From Malacoraja senta (Eukaryota), in contig CM075989.1 in the NCBI GenBank assembly GCA_038087875.1, forward strand, positions 7,566,001-7,630,000: DNA of 64,000 bases. The letters are read 5' to 3'. This document shows positions 1 through 13,053 of this stretch, in pieces. A program made the position numbers and the translations under genes. Below the pieces are notes generated by a model, which saw only the letters and a program-made list of their open reading frames with translations, was not told the DNA's origin and did no database searches. Each line of letters starts with the position of its first letter. Position 1 is the stretch's first letter.

Positions 1-333
1 CTTCTTTTCCACACTTGGTATTGAATACAGCCGCAGCAAAGCTCCTCAAGCTGATGCACATTTAGTCCCAGAGACTTTTGTGACCTTTAATAAATCTGAT
101 TGATTACAATCAGACTGGCTATGTGAAGCGGTTGCTGAATTTGTAGCAGATACTGTACTTTAACCCCATCACTGTACATAAGCTTGTCTTGATGTTAGAG
201 CAAAAAAAATTCACTCTCGTCGATCTCGTCTAAAGCAGTTATCTTAGTTTTAGTTTAGTTTACAACGTGGAAACAGCTCCTTCCGTCCACTGAGTCCGCA
301 CCAATGATCACCCATACACTAGCTCGATCCTAG

Positions 334-930
334 ATAGAAACAAAATGCTGGAGTAACTCAGCTGGACAGGCAACATCTCTGGATAGAAGGAATTGGTGAT
401 GCGTTTAAGAAGGAACTGCAGATGCTGGAAAATCGAAGGTAGACAAAAGTGCTGGAGAAACTCAGCGGGTGCAGCAGCATCTAAGGAGTGAAGGAAATAG
501 GCAATGTTTCGGGCCGAAACGTTGCCTATTTCCTTCGCTCCATAGATGCTGCTGCACTCGCTGAGTTTCTCCAGCACTTTTGTCTACCTAGGAATTGGTG
601 ATGCTTCAGGTTGAGACCCTTCTTCAGATTGAGAGTCAGGGGAGAGGGAGACAGAGATATGGAAGGGTAAGGTGTGAAAATGAGAAAAGGGGGACGAAGA
701 TCAAGGAACATGTAGAATAGATCATTGTTAGCGAGGGGAAGATGACGACAAAGCATACAAAGATAACATTTAATCAGGAGGATAGTCAGACTGGTCGGAG
801 AACTGGGATGGGGGAATGATGGAGAGAGAGAGAGGGAAAGCAAGGGTAATTTGAAGTTAGAGGTCACTATTCATACCGCTGGGTTGTAAGCTGCCCAAAT
901 GAAATATGAGGTGCTGTTCCTCTAATTTGA
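334..930 (-). mobile_element. Older Penelope 3' end containing a nested fold-back insertion (403-589)
   Basis: Minus strand ~930-870 encodes KLEEQHLIFHLGSLQPSGMN (GIY-YIG C-terminus), followed by a pyrimidine-rich tail and a degenerate hammerhead box at ~600-628. Confidence 0.75.
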
Positions 931-1453
931 TTTCTCACACATCCCAAGGACTTGCAGATTTGTAGGTTAATTGTTTTCTGTAAATTGTCCCTTGTGTATA
1001 GGATAGAACCAGTGTACAGGAGATTGTGGGCTGAAGGGCCTGTTTCCACGCTGTGACGCGAACTAATTAAAAGTATTGAAAGGCAGATTCTGGGTTTGAC
1101 CGATGTCCAAATACTTGTTCTCTTTGGATGGTTTGTTTTGAATCGACCTCTGTCCAGTGCTTCTGATTTGTTGTTCTGTGTAGCTCGTGACACATGCTGG
1201 CCACCATCACATGGGACACGTGTAGACCCAAGACAGTGAGCACCAACTTCGCCGCTGTTTAACCACAGGAATGCGGGCCAGCTTCATTGTGTGGCTTCCC
1301 CAGCGGCTTTCATGCCCAACTAGTGCCTCAGAACATGTTCAGTGCCCTGACAACTCTGAACTAACACTTCACCCACTACTCCCACTGCTGCACTCCCAAA
1401 GACCAAGATATGCACATTACTCTTGGATTCCACTGCAATAATGCGCACTATAA

Positions 1454-1650
1454 TGTCTCAGAAGGCAGTGGAGGCCAATTCTCTGGATGCTTTCAAGAGA
1501 TAGTTAGATAGCGGAGATAGCGGAGATAAAGGATATGGGGAGAAGGCAGGAACGGGGTACTGATTGTGGATGATCAGCCATGATCACAGTGAATGGCGGA
1601 GCTGGCTCGAAGGGCCGAATGGCCTACTCCTGCACCTATTGTCTATTGTG
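1454..1650 (+). mobile_element. Short CR1 3' end with TATAA TSD
   Basis: CR1 3'UTR; TATAA at 1449-53 and 1651-55; the empty site is visible in the paralogous copy at 2011-2027. Confidence 0.8.
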
Positions 1651-2441
1651 TATAAAGGCAGCTTCCTCAGTGGCTTTCATAAGATACAATACGATAGAAC
1701 TTTATTTATCCCAGGAGGGAAAGTGATCTGTCAACTGTCATAAAAAACACAAAATACATGAAACATGAAATTAAAGAGACAAATGAAATGGATTGGGGAT
1801 GTGTAAAGTTTGGGGAGGGGGGGAGTCCATCTCAGTCTCAGTCTACCCCATGACAGAAAGGGGAGGAGTTGTACGGTTTGATAGCCACAGGGATGAGCCT
1901 CAGAACATGTTCTGTGCCCCAACAACTCTGAATTAACACTACTCCCACTGCTGCACTCTCTATAGAGACCAATGCACGCACATTACTCTTGGATTTCACT
2001 GCAATAATGCAAACTATAAAGGCAGCTGTGTTTGAATGGATCTATGTGCCGGATGTAGAGGACAATGCAAGCCTCTGTTGTACCGTGCTGTAGTACACGT
2101 GACTGAGGTTGGCTTCTTACCCCCAAGTCTTTAATCGCAGTTTTTTTTGCAACTCTCTCGAACCATACTTTGTTTCTTTATCCTTCCATCGTCTCCTATT
2201 TCCTGCTCACCGGCTTCCTCTCCCCCTGCAGCGCGCTCTCCCTGACAGAAGGGGCACTTGATAAATGTTGCCACGCCGCTCTTAACGATTTACTGCATGT
2301 TGAGAAAATTTGAGCCAAGGCAAATCGCCGCTCGAAGGTCCCCCAAAGGGAAGGGAATACGTATTTTACTTAACAAATGCCAAGTGTCCACTGCCTCTAC
2401 TTTTTTTCTATTCAAATTCCCAGCTGGTCTAACAGAGTTTT

Positions 2442-2737
2442 GGGCAGCACCATAGCACAGCGGTAGAGTTGCTGTCCCACAGCACCAGAGACCTGGGTTC
2501 GATCCTGACTACGGGCACTGAATGTACAGAGTTTGTCATTTCTTCCTGTGACTGTGTGGGTTTCCTCCGGGTGCTCCGGTTTCCTCCCGCACTCCAAAGA
2601 CGTACAGGTTTGTAGGGCTAATCGGTTTTGGTAAAAATGTGCAAATTGTCCCGCGTGTGCAGGATAGAGCTAGTGTACGGGGTGGTCGCTGGTCGGCGTG
2701 GACCCGATGGGGCAAAGGGCCTGTTTTTGCGCTGTGT
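2442..2737 (+). mobile_element. HE1-like tRNA-derived V-SINE
   Basis: A box (TAGCACAGCGG), B box (GGTTCGATCC), V-domain GTGCTCCGGTTTCCTCCC, CR1-like tail. Confidence 0.85.
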
Positions 2738-4125
2738 GTAAACCAACATCTGCGGTTCCTTGTTTCTACAATATAAAATGCTGATTAATGGAAGATATGG
2801 GTTTAGTTTATCACTCACATATACTGCGGTACAGTGAAAAGCGTGCTCTCCAGCCAAAGAATAGACAAAACATGAATACATTCATACGGATAAAGGATAC
2901 AACATATAGTGAAATTGATGCTTATTCCCGAGGTGCTTGACACTTCGTGCAAGCATTGACTTGAAATGTCAACACTCTCTCCTCTGCTTCTGACCCACTT
3001 GCTGGGAGTTTCCTAGAATATCTGTTTTTAGTTCAGATTTACAGCATCCATAACATCCTTCTGTCGTAAACTTCCAGGAATGGCTTCCCAGAAATCCCAC
3101 TTGAATACCAGACCCAACTGCTGCCTCTGATTGCCGTACTTCCCGCACGCGAGCGGGCACATTTTTCTAATTAGCGGAGTTATTAACGTGCCCACCCAAG
3201 CTCCCGTCTCAGCAGCCTTCGCTCCAGTACGAGGGGGAAGCCTTAGCAGGAAATCTTTTTTGCTTTTTTTTTTTTTTTTAACACGTTTTGTTGAGCAGAA
3301 CACCAACATTCCTGCAAAAAGTTCAACAATCACACAAGTAGGTGAGAGTTCAACGGCTTCTGAGTTACGGAAATGCAGCAGATCAGGGTATCATCTGTGG
3401 ATTTGGTGTGACAGCATCAATTTAGGTGCCAGATCCTCGATGTATTGTGCACAGACTAATTCTAGGAATGAGTGGGAAGGCTGACGTGTCAGCTTGTTGT
3501 TTAGTGTGTAACACTGTTTCAAATACAATTGATTTTATATTCTCTCCCCCTTTGCCCGCTGCACCCCCATTTCCATCACTCCTCATTCCCGCCACATCCC
3601 CATTCCTACCACACCCCCCTTCCTGCCACACTCCTGCCCCCCCCCCCCCCAACTATCTGTGATCCTTATAAGTGGAAGCTAGAGCATAGAATGGCACAGC
3701 ACCGTTGTAGGACCTTTGGCCCACAATGTCTGTGCAAAACATGATGCCAAGTTAAGCAAATCTCCTCTGGTATGATATGATCCATACCCCTGCATTCGCT
3801 TCATATCCATGTGCCTATTCAAAAGCAGAACAAGCGCAGCTATCGTAGCTGCCTTCACCACTGCCCCAAGCAGCACATCCCATGCACTCATCTTTCTCTT
3901 TGTAAATAAAACTTGTTCTGCACATCTCCTTTAAGCTTTGTGCCTCTGCTGTGTAAGCTAGTCTAGTCTGCGACATTCCCACCCTGCGGAAAAAAGGTCC
4001 TGACTGTGTACAGTTGTGCAAAGCCTAGTCTTGGAGTGAGCGAATTTTTGAAAAACATTATTACTGTGGATAGTGAGAAAGTCAGACAGTGTAAAGCACC
4101 ATAGACGGAAAGAGGCGGTGAGGAG

Positions 4126-4438
4126 GGGCAGCACTGGGGCGCAGCGGTAGAGTTGCTGCCTTACAGCGCGTAGACCCGAGTTCGATCCAGACTACGGGTG
4201 CTGTCTGTACGGACTTTATATGTTCTCCCTGTGACCACGCGGGTTTTCTCTGGGTGCTCCAGTTTCCTCCCACACTCCAAAGACGTACAGGTTTGTACGT
4301 TAATTGGCTTCGATAAAATATTGTAAATTGTTCCTAGTGTGTAGGGTAGTGTTAGTGCACGGGGATCGCTTGTCGTCGTGGACTAGGTGGGCCGAAGGCC
4401 TGTTTCCACGCTGTATCTCTCAACTGAACTAAACTAAA
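4126..4438 (+). mobile_element. HE1-like SINE
   Basis: A/B boxes, V-domain, (AACTA)n tail. Confidence 0.9.
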
Positions 4439-4567
4439 TTGAGTAATTCTCAAGTAATACTTCACTAGAATTGTGCAAACTGAAGGGTTGTCAAAGGAAG
4501 GAAATGCCAAGGAGGCACTGTTTGAAAAAGAGTACATTTGTGTTCATGACAAATTTTGATTTCAACA

Positions 4568-4805
4568 CATAGAAACATAGAAAATAGGTGCAGGAGTAGG
4601 CCATTCAGCCCTTCGAGCCAGCACCGCCATTCAATATGATCATGGCTGATCATCCAAAATCAGTACCCCGTTCCTGCTTTTCCCCCATATTGCTTAATTC
4701 CGTTAGCCCAAAGAGCTGTATCTAGCTCTCTCTTGAAAACATCCAGTGAATTGGCCTCCACTGCCTTCTGTGGCAGCGAATTCCACAGATTCACAACTCT
4801 CTGGG
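4568..4805 (-). mobile_element. CR1 3' fragment
   Basis: QRVVNLWNSLPQKAVEANSLDVFKRELD; (CATAGAAA)n tail. Confidence 0.85.
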
Positions 4806-5684
4806 AAAACCCAAAGCAGAAACATTGCAACTTAGAGTGACAAAGATAACCGCAGCATCGAACAAACGGAGGCACCAGAATCAGTTGAACCTGAGAGAAC
4901 GTAGGTTTGACAGTGTAAAGCAGGAGGGCTGAAGCACAGGCCACATCTGCGGTGAGAAACAAGAGTCGTGTTTCTGGCCAATGGCCTTTCATCTGGACGA
5001 CTTGTTGACCTGAAATGTTTTGCTCGCCCGACCTGGCACCAATCCCTCAATGGCAAAAGTGTCCTTGAGGTATACAGCACAGAAACAGGCCCTTCAGCCC
5101 AACGCATTAACACCGACCAAGATGCCCCATCTACGCTAGGCCCACGTTTCACCCTCGGAAGTATCCTGTCCAAATGTCTTTTATATGTTGTTATAGGGCC
5201 TGCCTCCACTACCTCCTCTGGCAGCTCGTTCCGTATACCCAACACCCCCCCACCCCGAGTAAAAACATTGCCCCTTAACCAACATCACATAATTTGGAAC
5301 CCTCTTTGCTGACTTGGCTAACTAAAAACCACTCAGTGGGCGAAGGGCCTGTTTCCACACTGTGTTTCTAAACTATTGACAGGGACACTTTTTAAAATCT
5401 GTGTGACACTCTATTTGAAGTCTCCAAGTACTTGAGCCCGATACTGCACTGGATCTTAGTGAGAAGCAAAGAGCAGGTGCTTGAAGTTAACTTTCATGCC
5501 CTGTGTGTGTCCTGAAATACTCCACATAAACTGAAGTACCTTTGAAAGGCTTTGTAATGGAGGCAATACAGTAGTCAATAGTGCATAGCAAGATCATGTG
5601 ACCAATCATGTAAAAATGTGCCTATTAATTGAGGCACAAACTTAACCATATAATTGGAGTAATTCTCTTGTTCCTCAGTTGAGA

Positions 5685-6232
5685 TTTAGTTCAGTTTAGA
5701 GATACAGCGGGAAACAGGCCTTTCAGCCCACCGAGTCCATGCTGACCATTGATCACTAGTGTACACTGATGTTATGTTGCCCCACTTTCGCATCCTACAC
5801 ATTGGGGACAATTTACCGAAGCCAATTAACCTACAAACCTGCATGTCTTTGGAAAGTGGGAGGAATCCAAAGCACCCGGAGAAAACCCAGGTGGTCACAG
5901 GGAGAATGTACAAACTCCACACTTCCCCTACAAAATGTTACCAGGGAACATTTTGCTGAGAGAGGAGACTGAGCATTAGTTCAATGTCAGATGTTTAGAC
6001 TTTAGAGATACAACGCGGAAACCCTTCGCCCACATAGTCCACGCTGACCATGCACTAGCACTATCCAACCCACTAGGAACAATTTACAATTTTTACCTAA
6101 ACCAATTAACCTACGAACCTGTCAGGGGGAGAATGTACAAACTCCCTACAGACAGCACCCGTAGTCAGGATCGAACCCGGGTTCCTGGTGCTTTGAGGCA
6201 GCAACTCTACTGCTGCCCCACTACGCCGCCCT
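5685..6232 (-). mobile_element. Two partial HE1-like SINEs (5685-5921 and 5994-6232)
   Basis: Reverse-complement matches to the other SINE copies. Confidence 0.8.
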
Positions 6233-8849
6233 ACAAATGGTGCTCTGACAGAGCACCATTCCTCCAGTACTGTACTGGAATATTAGACCAAGAATCTGTG
6301 CACAGACTTCATCGCACAACCTTTATACTGAATTTCCAGAAGAGCCGCAGAAAAAACATCGAACTACAGATGCCAGAATCTTACATAGAACATTAAGTGC
6401 TGGAATTACTCAACAGCTCAGGCAGTATCTCTGGAGGACATGGATAGTTGAAATTTCAAGTTGGGATCCTTCTTCAGAGTCACAAATACCCAATAAATAT
6501 AAGCATCACTATTAAGAAATGAGTCCCTTTCTCTACAGGAGTTGCATGTATAGTTTTCAGAACCATTCATAAAATTAATGAATTCATAAGAGCACCAGCA
6601 CAGCAATAAAACAACATCTTTGATCTCTTGATTTTTAAAGATCCGTTTTGATCATCACGGAAACTGCACCAAATTGGATGTAAGGGATGGAAAAAAAATT
6701 AAAGATTGATTTTAATCTTTACCTTGCATTCATTTTGAATTCATTTGAAAACTGTGGGCAGAATATACACTTGATCTCAAACCTGGATGAAATTTGACTT
6801 GAAAAATTAAGCAACTTGCATCTTCTCAGATCGGCTTGTGGTAACACACAGGAAAATACGTGATCATCCGTGTTCAGGGAGGGCTGAGTAGTGAGAATAT
6901 TTCTCTCGGACAGGGAATGACCGTAGCTCCTAGGCTCCAGAGGAGGACTTGGTCAACCACGAAGCTCCGAGCTTACCCAGTGAATTTATTCTCCCCTGAC
7001 CTGGGCTGGTGGGACAACCGTGTTATTTAACCCAACATTAAGTAACTTATGTGCTGACACACAGTGGGTGGTAGAAAGAGCTCAATGTTGAGGTGGTTTT
7101 GAGCATAGTAGAGTCATCTGTAGAACAGTAACATAAATTGAGTGAGGAGGGAAAGACTGCGGTATGTGCCAGAATAATTAAGAACAAGATTGATTGCTTG
7201 CCTTTTGAATGACTATGTTTGAAATGCTTGTTTCAATCAAGAAACTGGAGAGGATCTTAAAGGAAACTGGAAGGATTTAAAAAATCAGTGTGAGGATATT
7301 TTTTAATAAGAAAAACAGGTTTAGGTTCACTGTATCGAAGCACAGCGAAAAGCTTAGTTTTGCAATCAGATCAGATATGCCATGCTTAAATACAATCCAC
7401 GTACTAATGTTATCCATGTTCTCCAGAGATGCTTCCTGACCTGCTGAGTTATTCCAGCACTTTGTGTCCTTTCAAGTCAAACTCAAGTACAACAGGTAGA
7501 GCAAAGGGGAAGGTACAGAGTGCAGAATATACTTTAGATCTCAACATTGTAGCGCATCAGTTTCAATGTCCGCCATGGGGTAGAAGTGAATTCATGTTCA
7601 TAGATTATAGGAACAGAATTATGCCATTCGGCCCATCAAGTCCACTCCGCCATTCAATCATGGCTGATCTATCTTTTCCTCTCAACCCCATTCTCCAGCC
7701 TTCTCCCCATAACAACTGACACTCGTAGAGCCATAGAGTGATACAGTGTGGAAACAGGCCCTTCGGCCCAAGTTGCCCACACTAGCCAACATGTCCCAGC
7801 GACACCAGTCCCTCCTGCCCGCGTTTGGTTAAAAACTTGTTGAAGATGCTCACTTTGCAACTTAAAACAAAAAGCTTATGTAATGTAAATGTGATTTTTT
7901 TAACCAGCTTTTGAAAACCACCTTTTCATTTTTTCTGATGAAGGGTCTCTGTCCTGAAACTTTATCTCTCCATAGAGGCTGTCAGACTTGCTGAGTTTCC
8001 AGCCGGAACGTTGTTTCTATGGTTGTAGGAATTCTTAGATTTTTATAACACATTTCTTTATCCTCGGGTACATCGCAAGCTGCTTCTCATATTAAAATTA
8101 AAATGGTTGAACGTGCTGCGATTATTGTTACCTTTGGCAACTGCGGCAACCCATTTGTGTGCGGATACCCCACGCTGGAGTGAAGTGGTCTGGGTGGTGG
8201 TTGCGGGATGTGTTGGCCAGTTTACAAGTCCTTGACTGCCCTTTGCGACTTGTATCATGGCATCTTTACAATGAAGCCAAAGCATTGGAAGCAGCCTGTA
8301 GTTCTGTCACCTTCATGTGTAAAACACAACGATACGCCCTGATCAACACAGCACAAATGTCAGCCTAAATTTGAAATTACTTCCTTTGGGACTGGCAGAT
8401 GGATTTCAGCTAGATTGTTACCGTAAAGGAAAAAATTGAGAACATTTAAATAAAAATGCTCTCGAGCACACTTTTTAAAATTCCTGTTTCCGTGCCAGTG
8501 GAAAGTAGACTTGCTATCTTTCAAAATGAAATTGGCCAGGCTGGAGACGAGGGCCTCATTCCCTTCTCTGCTGCAGCGGTGATCAAATCTATCACAGACA
8601 TTTCTGTCTCCGGAGGAGGTGATTTGGTCGATGGTGTCTCTGCTGCTGAGTAGGCTCCCTGGGTAAGGCCCACGTCCCAGCTCACCACATAACACATTAC
8701 AGATTTCAAGTACTCTAACAGGTGGTTCTAAAGCTAACTTTCTCTCCTGTTCTTTCCAAGAGGTGCTTCCCACTGCAGTTGGGGGCGAGAGAATATTTTG
8801 TCAGCTCTCCTCTAAACAGTCTTGGCATCAGTGAAAATTGGTAGACTTT

Positions 8850-9150
8850 AGACCTTCGAGATACAGCGCCGAAACAGGCCCTTCAGCCCACAGAGTCCAC
8901 ACTAACCACTGATCACGCCCCACACTAACACTATCCTACACAATTGGGGCAATTTTACAATTTTTCTACCGAAGCCACTCAACCTACATACCTGCACATC
9001 TTTGGGGTGTGGGAGGAAACTGGAGCACGCAGAGAAAACCAGCATGGTCACAGGGAGAATGTACAAACTCCGTACAGACAGCACGCATACTCAGGATCGA
9101 AGCCGGGTCTATGGCTCTGTAAGACAGCAACTCTACCGCTATGTCGCCCA
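8850..9150 (-). mobile_element. HE1-like SINE
   Basis: Reverse-complement match including A/B boxes. Confidence 0.85.
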
Positions 9151-9999
9151 ATGGTAACTCAAAGGTCGACACTTAGCTAATGCGCCAAAGGTACCCTACC
9201 ACATAATTCTATCTAGAATACTTATATCTAAATGAAGTTTCATTTAAAACTTCCTAAACAAAAGGAAACAAATCCCAGCCTGGTCAATATTTCCACATAA
9301 TATAATTTTCCACCTCTGAAAACATGCTCGTAAATCTCCTCTACATCTGACTGGACACTCTGCTGTTGGAAAGATGGAATTAAATTGAAAATACTCCAGG
9401 GAAGATTTACGAGGATGTTGCCAGGATTCAAAGATGTTTCGGGTCGAGACCCTTCTTCAGAAGAAGAACCGTCTGAAGAAGGGTCTCGACCCAAAATGGA
9501 GTCTGAAGCAGGGTCTCGACCCGAAACATCACCCATTCCTTCTCTACAGAGATGCCGCCTGTCCCGCTGAGTTACTCCAGCTTTTTGTGTCTATCTTCGG
9601 TTTAAACCAGCACCTGCAGTTCCTTCCCACACAAAGGTTTAATAGGACCCTGAGGGGGAAACTTTTTTCCACACAGAGGGTGCTGGGTGTATGGAATGAG
9701 CTGACAGAGGGCAAGTTGTACAGTTGGTCAGTTCAAGGGTAGTTTGTAAAAATGCAGGTAAATGGGACTAGCATAGATGGGGCATCTTGCCCAGCTTAAT
9801 GAATTGGGCTGTAGGGCCTGTTTACATGCTGTATGACTATATGACTCCAAGGTGCAGTTATACCCTACTAGTAGTTCAGAAAGTGCTGACTATACAGGTT
9901 CAGCATGACCTCGCTGCTCTATCGTTCTATTCCTTGGCTAATGAAGTAAAATATCTTGTACACAATCAAAGATCCATAGGGTGATGAAGAAGGCATGTT

Positions 10000-10560
10000 C
10001 CTTTCATAGGTCAGGCCACAGAATATAAGAGTTGAGACATTATGCCGCACTTGGAGCATTGTCTGCGATTGCCATCACCAACCCAAGGCAGGATGTGTTT
10101 GCAGAGGAGAGAGTGCAGAGGAGATGCACTCTGAATGTTTCTGGATTGGAGGCTTTTGCTTGAATAGGCTTGACTTGATTTCCGTGGAGACAAGGAGGCT
10201 GAAGAGTAACCTAATGAAAATATGTAAGCTTATGAGATGCATAGATAGGGTCGAAAGTCAAAGTCTTTTCCACATGGTCGGGCCATCAAAAATAAGAGGA
10301 TATAGGTTAACGTGAGAGGTAGGACTTCTGAAGGGCATCTGAGGAAAAGTTGTTTTTATTATGTGCTGATATGTGGAACGTATTGCCAGAGGATGTGGCG
10401 GAATCGGGTACAATTACTGGGTTTAAGAGGCATTTGGAACAACACTTAAATAGGCAAGCATTGAACAACACATCACTGGTGCAGCTGATGGGATTAGGGT
10501 AGCTGGGCAAAAAGGTTAGCATTGATGTTGTGGGCCGAAGGGCCCATTTTATGTGCTGCA
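10000..10560 (+). mobile_element. Old CR1 fragment
   Basis: Degenerate PHLEHC...RRL...F..VG.SK.RG homology to CR1 ORF2 C-terminus and 3'UTR. Confidence 0.6.
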
Positions 10561-11599
10561 CAATTCCACAACACACTGACCTTCAGAAAACCATAAACAT
10601 CCCAAGGTCCCTCTGTAGAAAAAAAACAACTTTCTGGAAGAACTCAGCGAGCCAGATAATATCTGTGACGGAAAATGGACTGACAGGGTTTTGGGTCAGA
10701 AGCCTTCTTCAATCTGATTTCCTTACTTGAAGCTCTTTAATGAACCGGATGAGATTTAATGACAAGCGGATCTCCACACTAAAACTAGCTGAATGAACCA
10801 CTCCACTCTCCTTGTGCGGGTGACCTGTCAACAGATTAAATTATGATACGAGCTTGCATTTGCTTCAAACCTTTCACAGCTTAAATTCATCCCAGTTTAA
10901 TATACAGCCAATGGATTCTTATGAAGTTTAGATGGTGTGATTAGGCAGCATTACTACTCTGGAAAGTCAAAGGAAAAGCATAGCGGGATATGGAGCGAGA
11001 GAGAGAGAGAGAGGGTCAGCTGTGATCATATTGAACGAAAAAGAGACTTCACGGAATAAATGGTGTTCCCTGAAGTTTCTACCTCTGCATGATATTGTCT
11101 GAGGCAATTTTCATCAACGCTTTCTGCAAGAGTTTACAGACTTGTGCTAATGTTTCTCTGCCCCACCATCCCCCTTGGAAAGAGAGGGCTTCTCATCTTT
11201 CTTCTCTTGACGGTAAGGCACATGGGCGGAATGGAAAGTTCATTGCTCATGCAACTTTAGTAGCTTGTCTATGATTCCTTTTTCCAAGTTATCTTTAGGT
11301 TGTTGGCAATCTAGGGAATATTACAAACAGGTTTTTTTTTTTTTCTGACTTCTCGAAGCAGTTATTCGGAAAATTGAGAACTAGTTATTTTTTCCATGAT
11401 CATTCCGTGAATGTTTTTCTCCTGAATCCCAGCAATATGCTGCTACATAGAAATAACACTTAACATTGCCACCGCTCTTGCTCCGGACTCTCTCCTTCCA
11501 TCATGGCTCCGTACTGTACATTGCAGGGTCATTACTCTCTAACAGGAATGTTAATGGACAAACTGCCCTGTGTAAGTTGTTGGGAAGAGCAGCAACCAA

Positions 11600-12066
11600 G
11601 GTGCAGATGTGCTGTTCATTGACTTCAACATCGCGGGGTCCTGGGATCCCTTTGCCGAGGTCCGCCAGCGTTGAATCTCCGCCCAGCGCGGCCTGTGGAC
11701 TTCGGGAGCCGTGGACTCCGGTAGGAGGTGGCCGACTCGGATGTCCAGGCCGCTGTGGATGTCCTCCAGTCCCGACGTCGGACTTCCAACACCCCGACGA
11801 GCGGGCCTGAACATCGAGCCGTCCGTAGCGGCGACAGCGGGGGGTTCGGGAGCCCCCCCCCCCCCGACCACGGGAGGACAACAGAGGAGGATGACTGAAT
11901 TTTGGAGCCTTCCCTCACAGTGGGAAACTTTGATCTCCCTGTGTGGGGATGTTTGTGCTAAGACTTTGTGTTCTGTGCTCTTTATTACTCCTATGGCTGT
12001 ATGGTGACCACACATTTCACTGTACCAATTGGTACATGTGACAAATAAATGTATCTTGTATCTTGT
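11600..12066 (+). mobile_element. GC-rich non-autonomous retroposon with AATAAA and (TATCTTG)n tail; related tails at ~1680-1890, 37598-37870, 37935-38080
   Basis: CpG-rich body; 3' end CATTTCACTG...GTGACAAATAAA followed by a microsatellite, shared with minus-strand copies elsewhere; family not identified. Confidence 0.55.
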
Positions 12067-12387
12067 ACCTACACACATTTGCCCAAGGCATTTCTTGGCT
12101 CTTGTTGACCCTTCGAGAGCCCACTTGAGTTGTTTCCTCCATGCTTTCTATTCCTCAAGTGCCCTGTCTGATTTCATCTTCTTAAACCTCACATACGCTT
12201 CCCTTTTCTTTTTGACCAAATTTACAACCTTTTCGGTCATCCACGGTTCCCTTACCTTGCCATCCTTCTCCTTCCTGGAACATGTCGGTCCTGAACATTG
12301 ATCAATGGCCTTTAGGACTCATCTGAAGAAAGGTCTCGACCCAAAACATTACCTATCCATGTTCTCCAGAGATATTGCCTGACCTGC

Positions 12388-12643
12388 TGAGTTGTTGCCT
12401 CACAACGCCAGAGACCCTCTGGGTGTTGCCTGCATGGAATCTGTACCTTCTCCCTGTGACCACGAGGGTTTTCTCCGGGCGCATCGGTTCCCTCCCACAC
12501 TCCAAAGACGTACAGGTTTGTAGGTTAATTGGCTTCAATAAATTGTAAATTGTCCCTAGTGTGCAGGATAGTGCTAGTCTGTGGGTGATCGCTGGTCAGC
12601 GCGGACTCTGTGGGCCGAAGGGCCTGTTTCCACGCTGTATCTC
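12388..12643 (+). mobile_element. HE1-like SINE abutting the L1 poly(A) tail
   Basis: V-domain and 3' tail ending GCTGTATCTC. Confidence 0.8.
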
Positions 12644-13053
12644 TTTTTTTTTTTTTTTTTTTAATTTTTTATTTTTTAGAAGTACGGTAGATTACAGTAA
12701 TGTACAACACGTATATATTAATACATTTTTTGTACCGCTTCACTTTTTTAAACTTTAAAAAAGAAAAAGAAAGAAGTAAGAAAAGTGAAGAAAGTGCGCA
12801 AAGGTTGTGAAGTGCAAAAGAGTGTTGGGAAAAGAAAGCCCCTTAGAAAAGAGGTTAGAGAAGGAAGTAAAGTTAGAAAATAGACCCTAGAAAAAAAAGA
12901 GAAAGAAAGAAGGAACAATCGCTCTATTATGACTCTTATACCATACTTCATAGAGAAGGAACTACCAACCAAGTCTATTTTTATTTTACCTCCCATTACC
13001 AGGTCCAGATACCTTTTATTTATTTATTTGTTTTTCTAAATTACTATTGCACC

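Noticed and set aside
2442..2520. tRNA genes
   Set aside because: The A/B boxes belong to SINE heads continuing into the V-domain and LINE tail; no full cloverleaf.
8360..8773. 137-aa minus-strand ORF in unique sequence
   Set aside because: No recognisable domain or convincing exon structure.
11466..12078. Overlapping 100-175-aa ORFs
   Set aside because: Stop-poor GC-rich retroposon sequence with no protein motifs.
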